The translations under genes were made by a program, and so were the position numbers. Below, one piece after another: positions 52,529-64,000 of a stretch of 64,000 nt of DNA (positions are counted from its first letter, which is position 1; every line of letters begins with the position of its first letter). Source of the DNA: Raillietiella orientalis (taxonomy: Eukaryota); assembly GCA_036172245.1 (NCBI GenBank), contig JAYWIR010000040.1, positions 1,550,001-1,614,000 of the forward strand. Direction: 5' to 3'. The notes beneath the pieces were generated by a model. That model did no database searches. It was not told the origin of the DNA and worked only from the letters and a program-made list of their open reading frames with translations.

Positions 52529-55500
52529 AAGGGACTCGGGCGCCGAGAGCTGGACGACTGTCCTTCCGACTCCCCATCCTGGATTTTCCCGGGGAGATGG
52601 CCGGCTGGGTCCTTGCCTCCCCCCCCGCCTGCTTTCCTGATCATCTCTTGACGAAGGATGCGCCCGGATAAAGACGGGGTCGTCCTTCCGAGCAGGGGCG
52701 TCACGTCCGCAGGCAACGGGTCGGGGATACATGGGAACATCTGCTGGGTGCGCCTGCTATCCCGTTCTGGATGGGAAGCGCTGGTGGCTGAGCTCCGCTT
52801 GACCCTGGAAAGATTGAGGCGACAGGGTCCGGCCTTTGGCCATTCTGGGGCACGCGCGCGCGCGGTCACACCGGAGGGCCACATCTCATCCATGCAGGGC
52901 CGCCCCGATGCTTCCGCGGGGAGTTCCGTGGAGGAGCGTCAGTCACGAGCCCCTGCATTCCGTGGGGGTTGCCCCCGAGCGGGTCTTCGCAAGGCGCTGC
53001 GGGTGACGACTCCCAGCCACCTGCGCGCCCCGTTGCTCACAGACGTACACGCCGACCGCGAGAGCGCAGGCGAGTCTGGGAGGAGGAAGAGGAGGTCGCG
53101 GATTCGCAGAGGCAGCTCGCAGCTCGCCTGCAGCAATCCCAGATCCAAGATGGAGGAAGCCAGAAGCGTCCCGGGAGCTGGGCGCATGCGCGCGTGCCGA
53201 GCTGGCGTCGCGCGGCGGTGACGACGCTTGGAAGCGAAAGCGCGCGGAACGGGCGACAGACCCGTCAGAGACAGGGACGAGCGTTCCGTCGGCCACGGCG
53301 AACGCGCCTTTTTCGGAGGGAGAGAGGTGGGAGGGAGGGAAGTTTCCGCCGCGCGCGCGCATGGGCGAAGACGTCACCCCCCCCCCCCCTCCTTCCTTAT
53401 TTCCATCTTCTCGCGGCAGAGCCGGCGGCACGCCATCCGTCGACGGCGGGCGGGAGGCGATCCGGTCGCCGGCGTCCTCGCCCTGCGTGACGGGTAGAGC
53501 TCGCGAACACGCCCGCGGCTTCGCGTGACTCGCAACCGCCCCTCCTCCTCCTTCACCGCTAGGGAAGCCACATGCTTGGCAACTTCTTTCATCTCTCCCT
53601 TCACCCCCTTGTCACCCCTTTGCCCCCGTCCTCCTCCCTGCATCTCCTTGGCAACTTCACGCGAATACGCAGAGAGCGAGCATGCGGGAACAGTGCGACG
53701 TTGCGTCGCTAGATGGTGGTGGTGCGTCTCCCGGCGCTTGCCGCCGGCTACCGGTCGCGCTTGCGTGCGACCGGCAACGCACCGCCAGCAGCGTGAAAAC
53801 GGCCACCAGACAAGGGAGGGAGAAGGCAGGTGCGGGCGGAGGATTCGCAAGCGGCGGCATCTCTCACCGATGCTTCAAGTGGCTCGGCGAAACAGGAGGG
53901 CGATCCTTGCCAACGCGCTCGCGTGCTTACGCGCACACGTGTGCACGCATCGCGCGCATACTACCAAGCGAAGCGAGCAGGGGGTAGCGCATCCTTGCGA
54001 GTCTGCAGGAACGAAGGGTCTTCCTGCGCCATCGGGACGGGGCAAGCGAAGGTGCACGTGGCGACTGCCCCGACCGCGGCGCCCTCGTGCGCAGGCGACG
54101 CTGATGGCACGGGAAGGCTTCCTTCTGTTCTGATTCCCTTCTTCCCACGCACCTCCGTGCTGACGCCACGCGACTGCTACCGTGGCTGCTCGAGTTCGCC
54201 CTTCGCCGGACCGCTCTTGTGTTAGGCACACACGCAGACCCCCCCTGACACGCCCTCTCGCACCACCACCTTCGAGAGAGCTTTTCGCACGGGCAACATC
54301 ATAGTCGAGGAAGGCAACGGAGCCGTGAAGATGGCTAGTTGAAAACCTTCGAGAAGGCGGCCATTCCTCAGCGGCGATGGCAGGGGGCTGCGCCCCACCA
54401 GCCGTACGCTACGCCGGGGTCTCCTGTAGCAGGCATCTCCAGGACTGCTCTCCCGACTTGGCCGCTCCCTTTCCAGGACCCTGAGAGAGTGTTGGAATAC
54501 CGGACGAGCGGCACGACGCGCTCGGTCCGCTGCGACGCCTCCGGTAGTGGGATGAGAGGATTCGAGGCAGCGAAGGTGAGGCGCCACCTTACTCTTGCTG
54601 CCCTGATCCCACCTGTTTCCAGGGAGAAGACGCACGACCTGGATGGAACGAGCGCCACGCCTCACGGAACCTCTTCGGCGGTCTCAGCGCGCGCCGCATG
54701 ATCTTTGATACCCCAAGCCAGACACCGGCGAACACGACCGCGGCTTTGGGAGCGAAGGAGGGGGGCGGGTTCTCCTGCGCCGCAGATGGCACTTTTCGAG
54801 GCGACCGCAGGGCGAGCAACGGTGTCTCCGCCGTCGCCGCTCCTCTCCTCCTCTTTCCCTTCTGGTTGTCCTCCTCCTCCTCTTCCCCTCCACTGCCTAT
54901 TCGAACCTCTTCTCGTCACGAAAGAAGCCGAAAAGCTTTCAGACGCAGAGGCAAACGGATGAGCGCGCACGTGGGCTTGCAGCTCGCTCGTGTACGAACG
55001 GCACGGCGCAAGCGTTCCGCACGACCCCATCCCGAGGACAACCTTTTTTACCCATCAGGTCGGAGCACCACGCAAAAGTCAGTTTCCCTTCGCGGAAAGC
55101 CGATGGCGAAGCATTGCTTTATGGAGGTGCGAGACCAGAATCTACATTTCCTGGACTGTCCAGCTCGATGTCAAGATCGTATGTTGGTTGTGCCTTGTTT
55201 ACCACCATTGCTAGCTCCCTGACTCCTTTTTTGATCTTCCCACCTTCCCACCTTTTGGTCGTCTCCCAATCAAGTTGAGCAGGGGAGGGTGAGGAGGAAG
55301 GGGTTCCCGGTTGCAGAGGTGGCATCCAGTATTTCGCAAGCACCCCCTCAAAGGTTCTAGAGGTCATACGAGGTCCATCTGTCTGCAAGGCGAATCATCC
55401 CTAAGATGAGGAGGGATCCCCCCTTCCCCCTCTCATTCTCCATATCCGACCAGCAGCCTCACTCGCGTCTTCAATATGCCGACGCGCCCCGGAGAAGTTC

Positions 55501-56759
55501 AGACGGACTGCCGTCTGCCGCGCGCGCAGTTCTCCACCGTCCAATCAGCGCACGTCCCCAATTCAAACGGGCGAATGCACGGAGTAGGAGCCTAACGGAC
55601 GCCGCTCGGGCCGCTGCCCGGAGAGGAGTCGGAAGTTCCCATGACAACCGTCGCCAGCGCTTCCCGGAAGGGAACTGCCTCCTCCTCCGGTTGACCCGCT
55701 GTCTCCTCGCCGTCGGGATGGCGGCTGCATCACCAGCAGCGAGGAAGGAAGAGGACTTGGTTCGAGTTCGCCGACGCTGGCCCTCGGAGCTTTTCCCGAA
55801 GGCGTTTCTCCCCGGAGCATGCAGGACAAGAGGCCCCGGGCGGAGTGCACCGAACTAGACTTCCCCATAAAAACGGGAGGCTGTTCCGTGCTTCTGCAGG
55901 AGAGGAGTTCGGGAGATTCGCCAATGATGCGCTTCCGCCACCCGCCCTAATCATCAGTTGTGGGGCTGGGGGGGAGGGGCGAGAGAATGCTCAGTCGAAT
56001 GGCCTCCCTTCCCTAGCCACCTCACGGGGGCGCCAGGGGTTGGAGGAGAATCGGATGCGGCGACAGCACCAGGGGGTCCGAGACAGGGAATCAGTGGCGT
56101 CGTCCGGCGGATCGTCGAGGAGTTGCCGCCTCACTCGCGCGGACGGCGCGCTGCCTCGACACCGGCGTGAAGATCCCGGGGCACGCCGTCGCGGTGCCCT
56201 GAAGGGGGCGTGGCTGAAGGGAGAAGGGAGCCGGGACGAAGACGAGGACACCCTCCCCCTCCCTCCCACGAGAGAGAGGCCGGCGCGACCTTCGGCGAAA
56301 CGCTGCTGCCGCCGGCACGCGGGAGGAGCCACCGTCGTTCCAGGAGGCGAGCGGCAAGGCTGGTGCCGCCCTCCCTTACCGCCCACTCCTCAGCTCGGGG
56401 GCGGGTCCGCCCGCCCCTGCTTCCGTCAAGGGTCGCCGGCAGCCCTCGGGGGTGGTGGGGTCCTCGCGCGCGCGCGCCTCCGCTCGTCGCCGCGGTTCCC
56501 CGCTGCGGGGTGGCGCCTGCGCCTCCTCCCGCCCGAGCCTGCTGTTTCCGGTCTCCCCTGTTCGTCGAGAGAGTCGGGCTCCAGCGGGAGGCACGAAGGT
56601 CGACCGGGCCTCGAGGAGGACCGCGCCGGTGCCCGCGGCAAATCTGACGCGATAACGGGCGAACGCAGACAGCGGGAGCGCGTGCGGGCAAGGCGGACGA
56701 CGTCTGTGCGCACGCAGAGGGCGCGTGTACAGAGAAGCCACTCTTGTATTCATAATGTG

Positions 56760-57035
56760 CTGGCAAACAGCGTACATACACATACATACAGTGGCGTGTG
56801 TACGTGTGACTGAAAATGTAAACATAAACGGTGAACGTGCTTATGTAGAAGAACATGTGTATACAATAAAATGTATACATAAATAAAATGCACATACCGG
56901 ACATGTGTGTGTGAAAGGATGCGTATCCGTAATTAGCACATGTGTAGTATGTATATGCATAAAGAACACAGATGGCAGGAATTCGCACCTACATCATATT
57001 TCTGTATGTACTTAGAACATATGTGTACATGAATC
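56760..57035. repeat. AT-rich low-complexity CA/TA/TG microsatellite-like patch
   Basis: Interspersed catacata, tgtgtgtg and tatgtata units, sharply AT-rich inside GC-rich flanks. Confidence 0.6.
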
Positions 57036-60000
57036 GCAGGACGGGTTCTCGTCGACGCTTTGTTCCTGTACGGCATGCCGGGAGCTTTTTCACCTTGGAT
57101 GTCCCTTTCTCCCTCTTCTTTGCAGGGATCGCTCGGACCTGCAGCCCCGCAGAGGGCAGTTGCAGCACTTGCGGACATCGCCGCACTCCCATTTTTTTCC
57201 TTTTCCAGGTTCAGTCGCGGTATCACCCTACGCCGACCACGACCGGGGCTCGCCATCCTCCCCACACCAGCCCGCACTCAGCTCCCCCCTCCTCCCCACA
57301 TTCGCTGCTCTCGGATTCCGACGAGTGGTGGTCGCCGCCGCATCCTCCCTCCCTACCCCCGCTGGGGAGAATGGGATTTCCCCCCCCCCCCGCTTTGCGC
57401 AAGCATCCTCCATCTGAAAGGGCGCTCCTCCGCGCTGCGCGGTCCGGTAGTACGCGAGAACGCTTGGATGCCTGCGTGACGGGTGGGGGAGCGCGTTGCG
57501 AGATTACTGACGGAGGGGCAGCAGCATCCCGCGAATGCATCATACGGAACGCGCGCACGCAACAGAGAGCGCAGCGTCACCGGGCCCTGCTGCTCGCAAC
57601 GGAGCGAGGCATCGGCGTTGGGTGCCGCAGCGGCTGCACAACAGAGAGGGGGAGGAGCGCACGGCGATGTCCCCTCAACAGTGGTTGCCACGTGCGACTC
57701 GGATGCCGCCATGATAAGAGGTTTCTTGCCCCTCGCAGTACAGCCTAGCTATGCATGAATTACGTGAGGCCTACAAGTGTATTGTGTTGCGACTCTGTGT
57801 GTACACATTTAATGTTTTACTCACGGCAGGATTTTTTCGTCTCTTTCCACGACGGTATCCTAACTGAACCTCACCTTGCGTTCCCTAATCATGATTTCCC
57901 ATCAGCCTTTTCTAATTATCTTTGTCTTTCTCCTTCACGCCGCAATTTCGGCAGTTTGGGAGATCAAAGAAAACAAAGTTTCAGGTCTTCTGGATGAGCG
58001 CTGAACATCCGAATTTCTCGAAGAAAGAGAATGGAAGCTATTGGCATACTCGAAGCAGGAATTTCTATCACAGGTTCGTTGCTTTTCCCATAAAGAGGAG
58101 ACTCAAGGTTTAGCATTTGTATTACGAACGGCTGAAGGGTTCGCCGATTTGACTGCTAAATTAAAAAAAAAAAAAAAAGGTCTCTTTTTTCTTCCCAGCT
58201 CTCTCTCTTCCTCTTGTTTTTTTTTTTTTTGTTAGAATCGCTTGCCGATAGTTTTTCCTTTTGAGCTTCCACGATACATTTTCCTGTCCAAACGTGAGCA
58301 CTTGCTGAATTCATGCATACGAAATTCCGGGAATGTTTCATTCAAGAGAAGCAAAATTTTCCGGGATATGTCTTACACTAGCACAGTTTCCTTGCTTCTT
58401 CAATGACATGAATTACCAGGTCCTTGCACGCACTGAAATGCGACAAGGAAACTTCTCTTTCCAAGAGCCCTTCATCAGACTTCACGATGGAGTCGCTCGC
58501 AACAGACTCCGAACTATCCAATCCAACTACCTTGATCATCACCTCACCCATTAAGGTGCCTTAAGGCGTCTCCGACCTCGATGAACATTTAGTGTTTGTG
58601 GAAGTAAAACACGGAGCGTCGCTATCGGCGTCGCGACTCTCGAAAGCCCTCTGGCTTGCACCTCCATAAACTGGGGTCTACCTGCAGTTCCTGTCGAGGG
58701 GAGCGGCCGAGACCATCCCAGTACGTCCCCCTCCCTCTCTGCCTTTGCTGCTTCTGGAATGCTCGCACGCGCTGCTTCAGGGAGTTTCTCCTGCCTCCTG
58801 CCTTTCCATTCCACTTCCCAAAGTCTTCACATCCTCCTCCTCTCCCGCTCTCTCGAGGTAGGGTCCGCTCGCTCTGTGTGGAAGAACATGCGAATTTCGT
58901 GCGCCAGCCAGCCACCTTGCCGCGAAATCCGTTGCGTTGCTGGCTGAAGTGACGTGAGCTCAATGACGCCAAATGTGCGACCAGCGTCTCCATCTAGAGT
59001 CTTCCCCGAGAACCGTCGGCTATTGAGGAGCACGTGGGTTCCGACACGCCGCTTCCTCTGAACTCGAGCTGCACGCTTAGGTGACGAGGAGGGGTGATGC
59101 GGGAGCTGCAGCCCGCAAGATCCTTCGCATTTTTGGGGTTTCAAGGAGGGATGTCAGGGTTCCCTGAGACCCGCAGACGCACGCTGCTGAGAGCGTTTTC
59201 TTCACCTGTTGCTGGAGGCAGGGCGGGATCCTCCTCCCATTAGCTGCTGCTGTCCCCTGTAGGGTCTTGAGGATCGAGACAGAGCACGGTCCATCCTGGA
59301 GCCCAAGAATCCGCCAAAAGTGCTGTTCCTGTCCAAGGTGTTTCTGGGAGAAGGAAACTTTCGGGAAAGAGGGATGGATCGGGGGGGCCTCTCGTGGGCA
59401 ACCTTGTCCCTTCCCCCCCTTCCCTTCCAGAGAACTCCCAGTTTTCGGACTGCACCAAATGCGAGGCTATTCCCCTCCACACGCACAGGGACGTAGCGCG
59501 ATCCAGGGGTCAACTGCGAGGAGGAGGCCATTCCGCAGCGCTCCTAACTGCAGCCGCAAGAAACTCCGTTGAAGAGGGAGGAAGGAAGGGGGTGAGAGGA
59601 CGAGAATGAAGTGCTACCGTTGCACGAAGGCGCTTCCTACACTGCGCACATCCCTTCACGAGTTTACCGGCTGCGCCGTCGCTCCCTCCTCCCAGACGCA
59701 TCGTTTCATCCTCTGCGCGCGCTGGCGAGACTGACGCCACCTGTCCGGGGGCAGGGGAGAGGAACGACGATGGGCGTCGTATGCCTTTCCTCCTCCTGCT
59801 TCGCAAAGGCGAACTCCCTAGAGAGGAGCGCGTCTCTTGAGTCTGGGTCACGGTGGAGACCACGGAGGCGCTGAGCACGCGTGGCCGGTGTGCTGGCAAA
59901 ATACTTCTTCATGCGGACGGACCTCCCCCCCCCCCATCGCTACAACAGGGGGAAAGAAGCAGGGACGCCGGGGCGATTTTCGAGCACACACGTTCAGGAG

Positions 60001-62726
60001 CGTTGCGTCGCCTTTGGCGTGCTGGAAAAACTTGTTCCGCGCGCGAAGGGAAGGCGTAAGGAGTGAGTGCAGGCTGGCAGAGCTCTTTCCGCCCTCGGGC
60101 TCGAAGCGACGAGAACCTTGGAAATCTTCCGCTGTGCGACAGCTCCGGAGGACGGGAAGTTTCGTTTGCCCTCCTCCTGAGGGCACCGCCTGACCCGAGA
60201 CGGTGCTGCCGCAGGGCGAACGCACGCTCGCAAGCTCGACGGTGGCCAGGGAATTGCCCAAACACTCCCCAGGCGCAGGACTCGTCTCCTCCTCCTCCTC
60301 CTCCATTTCCCAACCTGTTTCGCTGGACCCTCCACGCAAGTGGTGTGCGGAACCAGTGGGGGAGTACGGCGCCAACAGTCGCGTCCCCAAGGAGGATGAG
60401 GGGAGCAGACAGTCCTGCACGTTTGCCGCTAAAAAGAAGCAAAGAAAGAAATCATGCGTATCCCGTCCCGACCGATCGCCCGTGGGCCAACTCTTCTTTA
60501 CTACTTGCCTCTGCCGAAGAAGCATATTGAGCGCGGGACCCTTCCGCGCTTCGACAGGTGCGTAGGAGGCAGAAAGAGAGAAAGAGAAAGGTCGAGGTCG
60601 CTTTGCTCCTCCTCTTCCTCTCCTCCTCAGTCCTTTCCTCCTCCTGCTCCGCCACCACCACTGGCAATCGAGGGCGAGCGAAAAGGTCTTTGACGAGTCC
60701 GTTTCCATTCCCTAGAATCCCTCGTTCATTCTCTCCCGGTAGCGATGGCGCCTCTTTCTCCCGGTAGCGGAGTGACGAATGCGGGAGAAGGGGGAACAGT
60801 CAGGGCAGCTGCCGAGCAACGGCACAGGGGACGAGCAAACAAAACGTGGGAGAATGAGAAGCTGAGAGGGAGGACCAGCCTCCTCCTCCTCCTTCTCCCT
60901 CCGACCGATGAGGTGTAATATCAGTCTGTGCACTGGTTCCTTCTTCCTCCTCTCCTACCCCTATCTTTCCTACTCACCCCCCCCCCCTCTCTCTCTCCCT
61001 GTCTTTTCCACACTCCTTTCGTCCTCGCCACTTTTGCTGTTCAGGGAAGAAAATAAAAATGGAGCAAGAAGCGCTGAGAGTGGGAGATGAATTCGGGTGA
61101 GAGGATTACGAGGATCCAAGGATCCGCTTTCCTCTTGTCTTGAGAGGAACGCGGGAGAGAGGGTCACTTAGGAAGTTGAAGGTATCGCCGTTAGATGGAA
61201 GAGCGGAAAGGGAACGGACTTTCTCTGAGGACGCTGTGCCGAGCGCCCTCTTCCGGAACCTGTCCAGACGCTTGAGCGTTTTCGCTTTTGTTTCTTACTG
61301 GTGAGCTGGCCAGAAATTTCGAACGAAATGTTTCCAGCTCCCATAGGAATCACCGAGTCCTGGTTCTGTGGTGGGTCAGTTTCCAGGATTTTCTGAATTC
61401 CCTAGTGGGGTGAAGTTTCGATCGCCTTGTTTTTCCTTGATGCTGCCGGAAGGACCAAGTGGGATGAGTGCGAGAGACAAGGGCGGGAAATCGAAAGTAA
61501 CCTGTGAAAAAGGTTGGGAAGGGAGCAGGCTCGTTGCCAATACGGCCACTAGATAGCAGCCAAGCCTCGAGCACAAGCTCAGCTGTCGAAACCTGCCAGA
61601 CGCGCGCACAGCGGGAAATTTTTCCCTGGGTCTCGAACCCGGAAAGCTTCCACAGGGATTCAGCCTTCAGACTGCGTCATTCCTGTGTTTGTCGTTCCAA
61701 CTGCTGCTTCCGTGGAAGTTTAGAAGTGAAGGAACGATGAGAAAGTGCGCGAGAGAAAAGGGAAAATCGAAAGTGAGCTGCGTTCTCCTCTTCCCCTCCC
61801 CCAATCCAAAGTTCCTTCTCCACCGTAAATCACAATCGCCGTTCCTTGCTTGCCTGCCGATAAGCACGGAACGGCGGCGTTCATGCTGTCACCTCCCCAG
61901 TGAGAACCCAGGAGAGAAGAAACGAGATGGCCAGAATGAGCGGCAGCCGCTGTCGCCGTTTCCAACGCACAAGAGTCGTTCAACTTTTTTTTTCCGGGGA
62001 TGCCAGCCATAGCAACGCTCGTCGCTCCCATTGTTCCCATCTCAGAGAGAAATTTGATTTCTAAAGGAGTCGCTAATTCGCTGCGTGCTCGGAGGCTGCA
62101 GCTTCTTGCTTCCTTCCTTCCTTTTTGTTTTCCGGGCGAAACTTTGCTGCCACGATCGAACACATGATTAATGGTTCTACATGCACACCATGAGAGCGTG
62201 CTTCCTGCTTTTCATTTCACGTGCCCCTCCTAAGTTTCCCAACTAATTTTTACCTCTCTCTAAAGAAATAGATTGATCTTCTGAGTGAGCATCTTTAATA
62301 ACGAACGATGCAGTAATAACAATGGAAATAATAACAACTTACTACTGAACCGACCGAGCAGCCCCTTTTCCATCATACGACCTGCATCCAATGACGAAGC
62401 CATAAGCAGGGAGGCTGTATTCGAAAATCGGAATAGGGGAGGAACAGCACCCTTCCCCTCATCCGCCGCCTCATCCATTCCGTGAAACATCCCCGCTGTT
62501 ACCGCCTTCCATGTTGTTGTTGTTGTTGTTTTTTTTTGTTACTCGCTTGCGTTTTTGTTTTTCATTTTTTTTTCCCCAAATGGGCAAGCAGTCAGGAGAT
62601 GTGTTGAAGAGTTTGGTTCGAATCCGTGACGTGTACGTGGCGTCAGTGAGGGGTCCATTGTTGCCCTCGTCCGCGCAACCTGCGAGAGAATCCACCATGC
62701 GGCAGCGATCGTCACGGGAGACGACT

Positions 62727-62760
62727 GGAGGGGGGGGGGAGAGAGAGAGAGGGAGAGAGA
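62727..62760. repeat. poly-G plus (GA)n microsatellite
   Basis: G-run followed by gagagagaga repeats, seen directly. Confidence 0.7.
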
Positions 62761-64000
62761 ACTGCAGGTATTTTGCAGGCAAAGAGGAGGGGAAAAAAAA
62801 AAAAAAAAATGTCCACCATGATGCGGAGGACGACACGGAGTCGTATCTTGCCGCGCGATCACGCGAGGCTTCCCGACAGAAATCTTTTGGGAACTTCGGA
62901 AAACCAGAAAGCATGCTGCCTTTTTTTCCTTTTTTTTTTTTTTCTACCTGCTCGCCAGCAGCTCGTTATTCGCATCGCGTAATCGCGTTGCGTAACAATG
63001 CCGGTCTGTGACGAAAAATTTTGCGAAAAAAGGGAAGCAGCAGCACTGCTGGCTGCGTTACACACACACACAGAACTCGTGTTTACGATCTCCCGAGTTT
63101 TGGAAAGAAGAAATGAGTGTTTCCGCCTGGAGTGTTACAAAACAACTTGAAAAATAGCGCGTAATCGTCCTTGACTCGTGTGCTGTGGAATCGGTAACGG
63201 AAGCACTTTGCACGTTTGCCACAAAATCTTCCACCGCTGCACAACGCGAGCTCGAAATGCAGGGCGTTGTTGGGATGCAAGAGTGGGGAAACAGCGTACG
63301 CAATGCTTCTGGAGGAGGAGCAGAAAAGAAACGAAGAAAAAAACATTCGCGCAATCATACGCAGTCATCGAAAGTGACTTTGAAAATTAAAACAATGTGA
63401 AGGGCAAAACCAGAAAAAAAAAATTTTTTTTTTTTCCCTTCTCCCTCCCCGACTAAATAATGGCCTTCGTCGGATCCTTCCACGGACGTGCCGATCGTCC
63501 TGTGTGCGACGGAACTCTCTCGAAAGATGGATCTCAGCACGATCTATAAGAAACCATGGCATGAAGCGAAGAGTATCTCAAAATTCATGAAAATTAGTCC
63601 ACTTTGAAGTTCTTGTGCAAGACGCGGTGATAAATCAACGTCAAAGACCAAATTAACAAGCAGTGCGTAGAAAACTTTGAATACATGGCGTGTTTGATAA
63701 TACGTGACACTCGCTTGGAGCTCTCCACGCAAAACGCAGACACACACACAAATACACGAGAGCGCACGCACACGCGCAACAAGCCATGCATTACAAGAAA
63801 AGTGAGGCTGATTGTCACTCTGCCACGCCGAATGGTAACTTGAAACGAACAACAAGGAGACTCCAGCCTGTTGCCTGCACACCAATAGGTGGCTGTTGCT
63901 GCTGCTCCCGGTTTTCCGCCAAACGAAGAGCGCTTTGTGGTCCTAATGGAAGAAATGCAAACTCTCCTCTCCTTCGGAAGAGAAGGAAAAGAGGAAAAAG

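Noticed and set aside
42527..56988. Many long ORFs (e.g. 47063-48385 440 aa, 42527-43567 346 aa, 48234-49253 339 aa, 55845-56813 322 aa)
   Set aside because: They overlap in all frames, are low-complexity Arg/Pro/Gly/Ala-rich, run through homopolymers and have no recognisable domains. This is expected from stop-codon scarcity at high GC.
58457..58480. Hammerhead-like CTGATGA...GAAA on the minus strand
   Set aside because: Stem II closing pair is mismatched and no stems I/III were found.
62580..62635. tRNA-like B-box GGTTCGAATCC
   Set aside because: No T-stem or acceptor-stem pairing; a cloverleaf cannot be built.

Overview
Eukaryotic genomic DNA with GT-AG spliced genes. It is probably arthropod and possibly chelicerate, an inference from the Pelle-type death domain and 28S sequence style. 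Three complete intron-containing genes were assembled by hand with consistent splice phases: SEN34 tRNA-splicing endonuclease (-, 286 aa), a USP12/46 deubiquitinase (+, 356 aa) and L-lactate dehydrogenase (-, 333 aa). The window also holds the first two coding exons of a Pelle/IRAK-like death-domain gene (-) and a degenerate orphan 28S rRNA fragment. A ~12 kb GC-rich block (18.4-30.5 kb) is a nested, stacked pile of L1/Tx1-like non-LTR retrotransposon copies. Three of these end in the same polyA-signal-plus-hairpin motif, and one is internally inverted. USP12/46 and LDH are convergent with only 44 nt between stops, the candidate LDH polyA signal lies inside the USP coding sequence, and their introns go down to 39 nt. 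From ~35 kb to the end there is no recognisable host CDS, only old Ty3/gypsy-like remnants and a long GC/CpG-rich, apparently non-coding domain. I found no clearly new multi-gene system. The best leads are the self-stacking Tx1-like family and the USP/LDH overlap.
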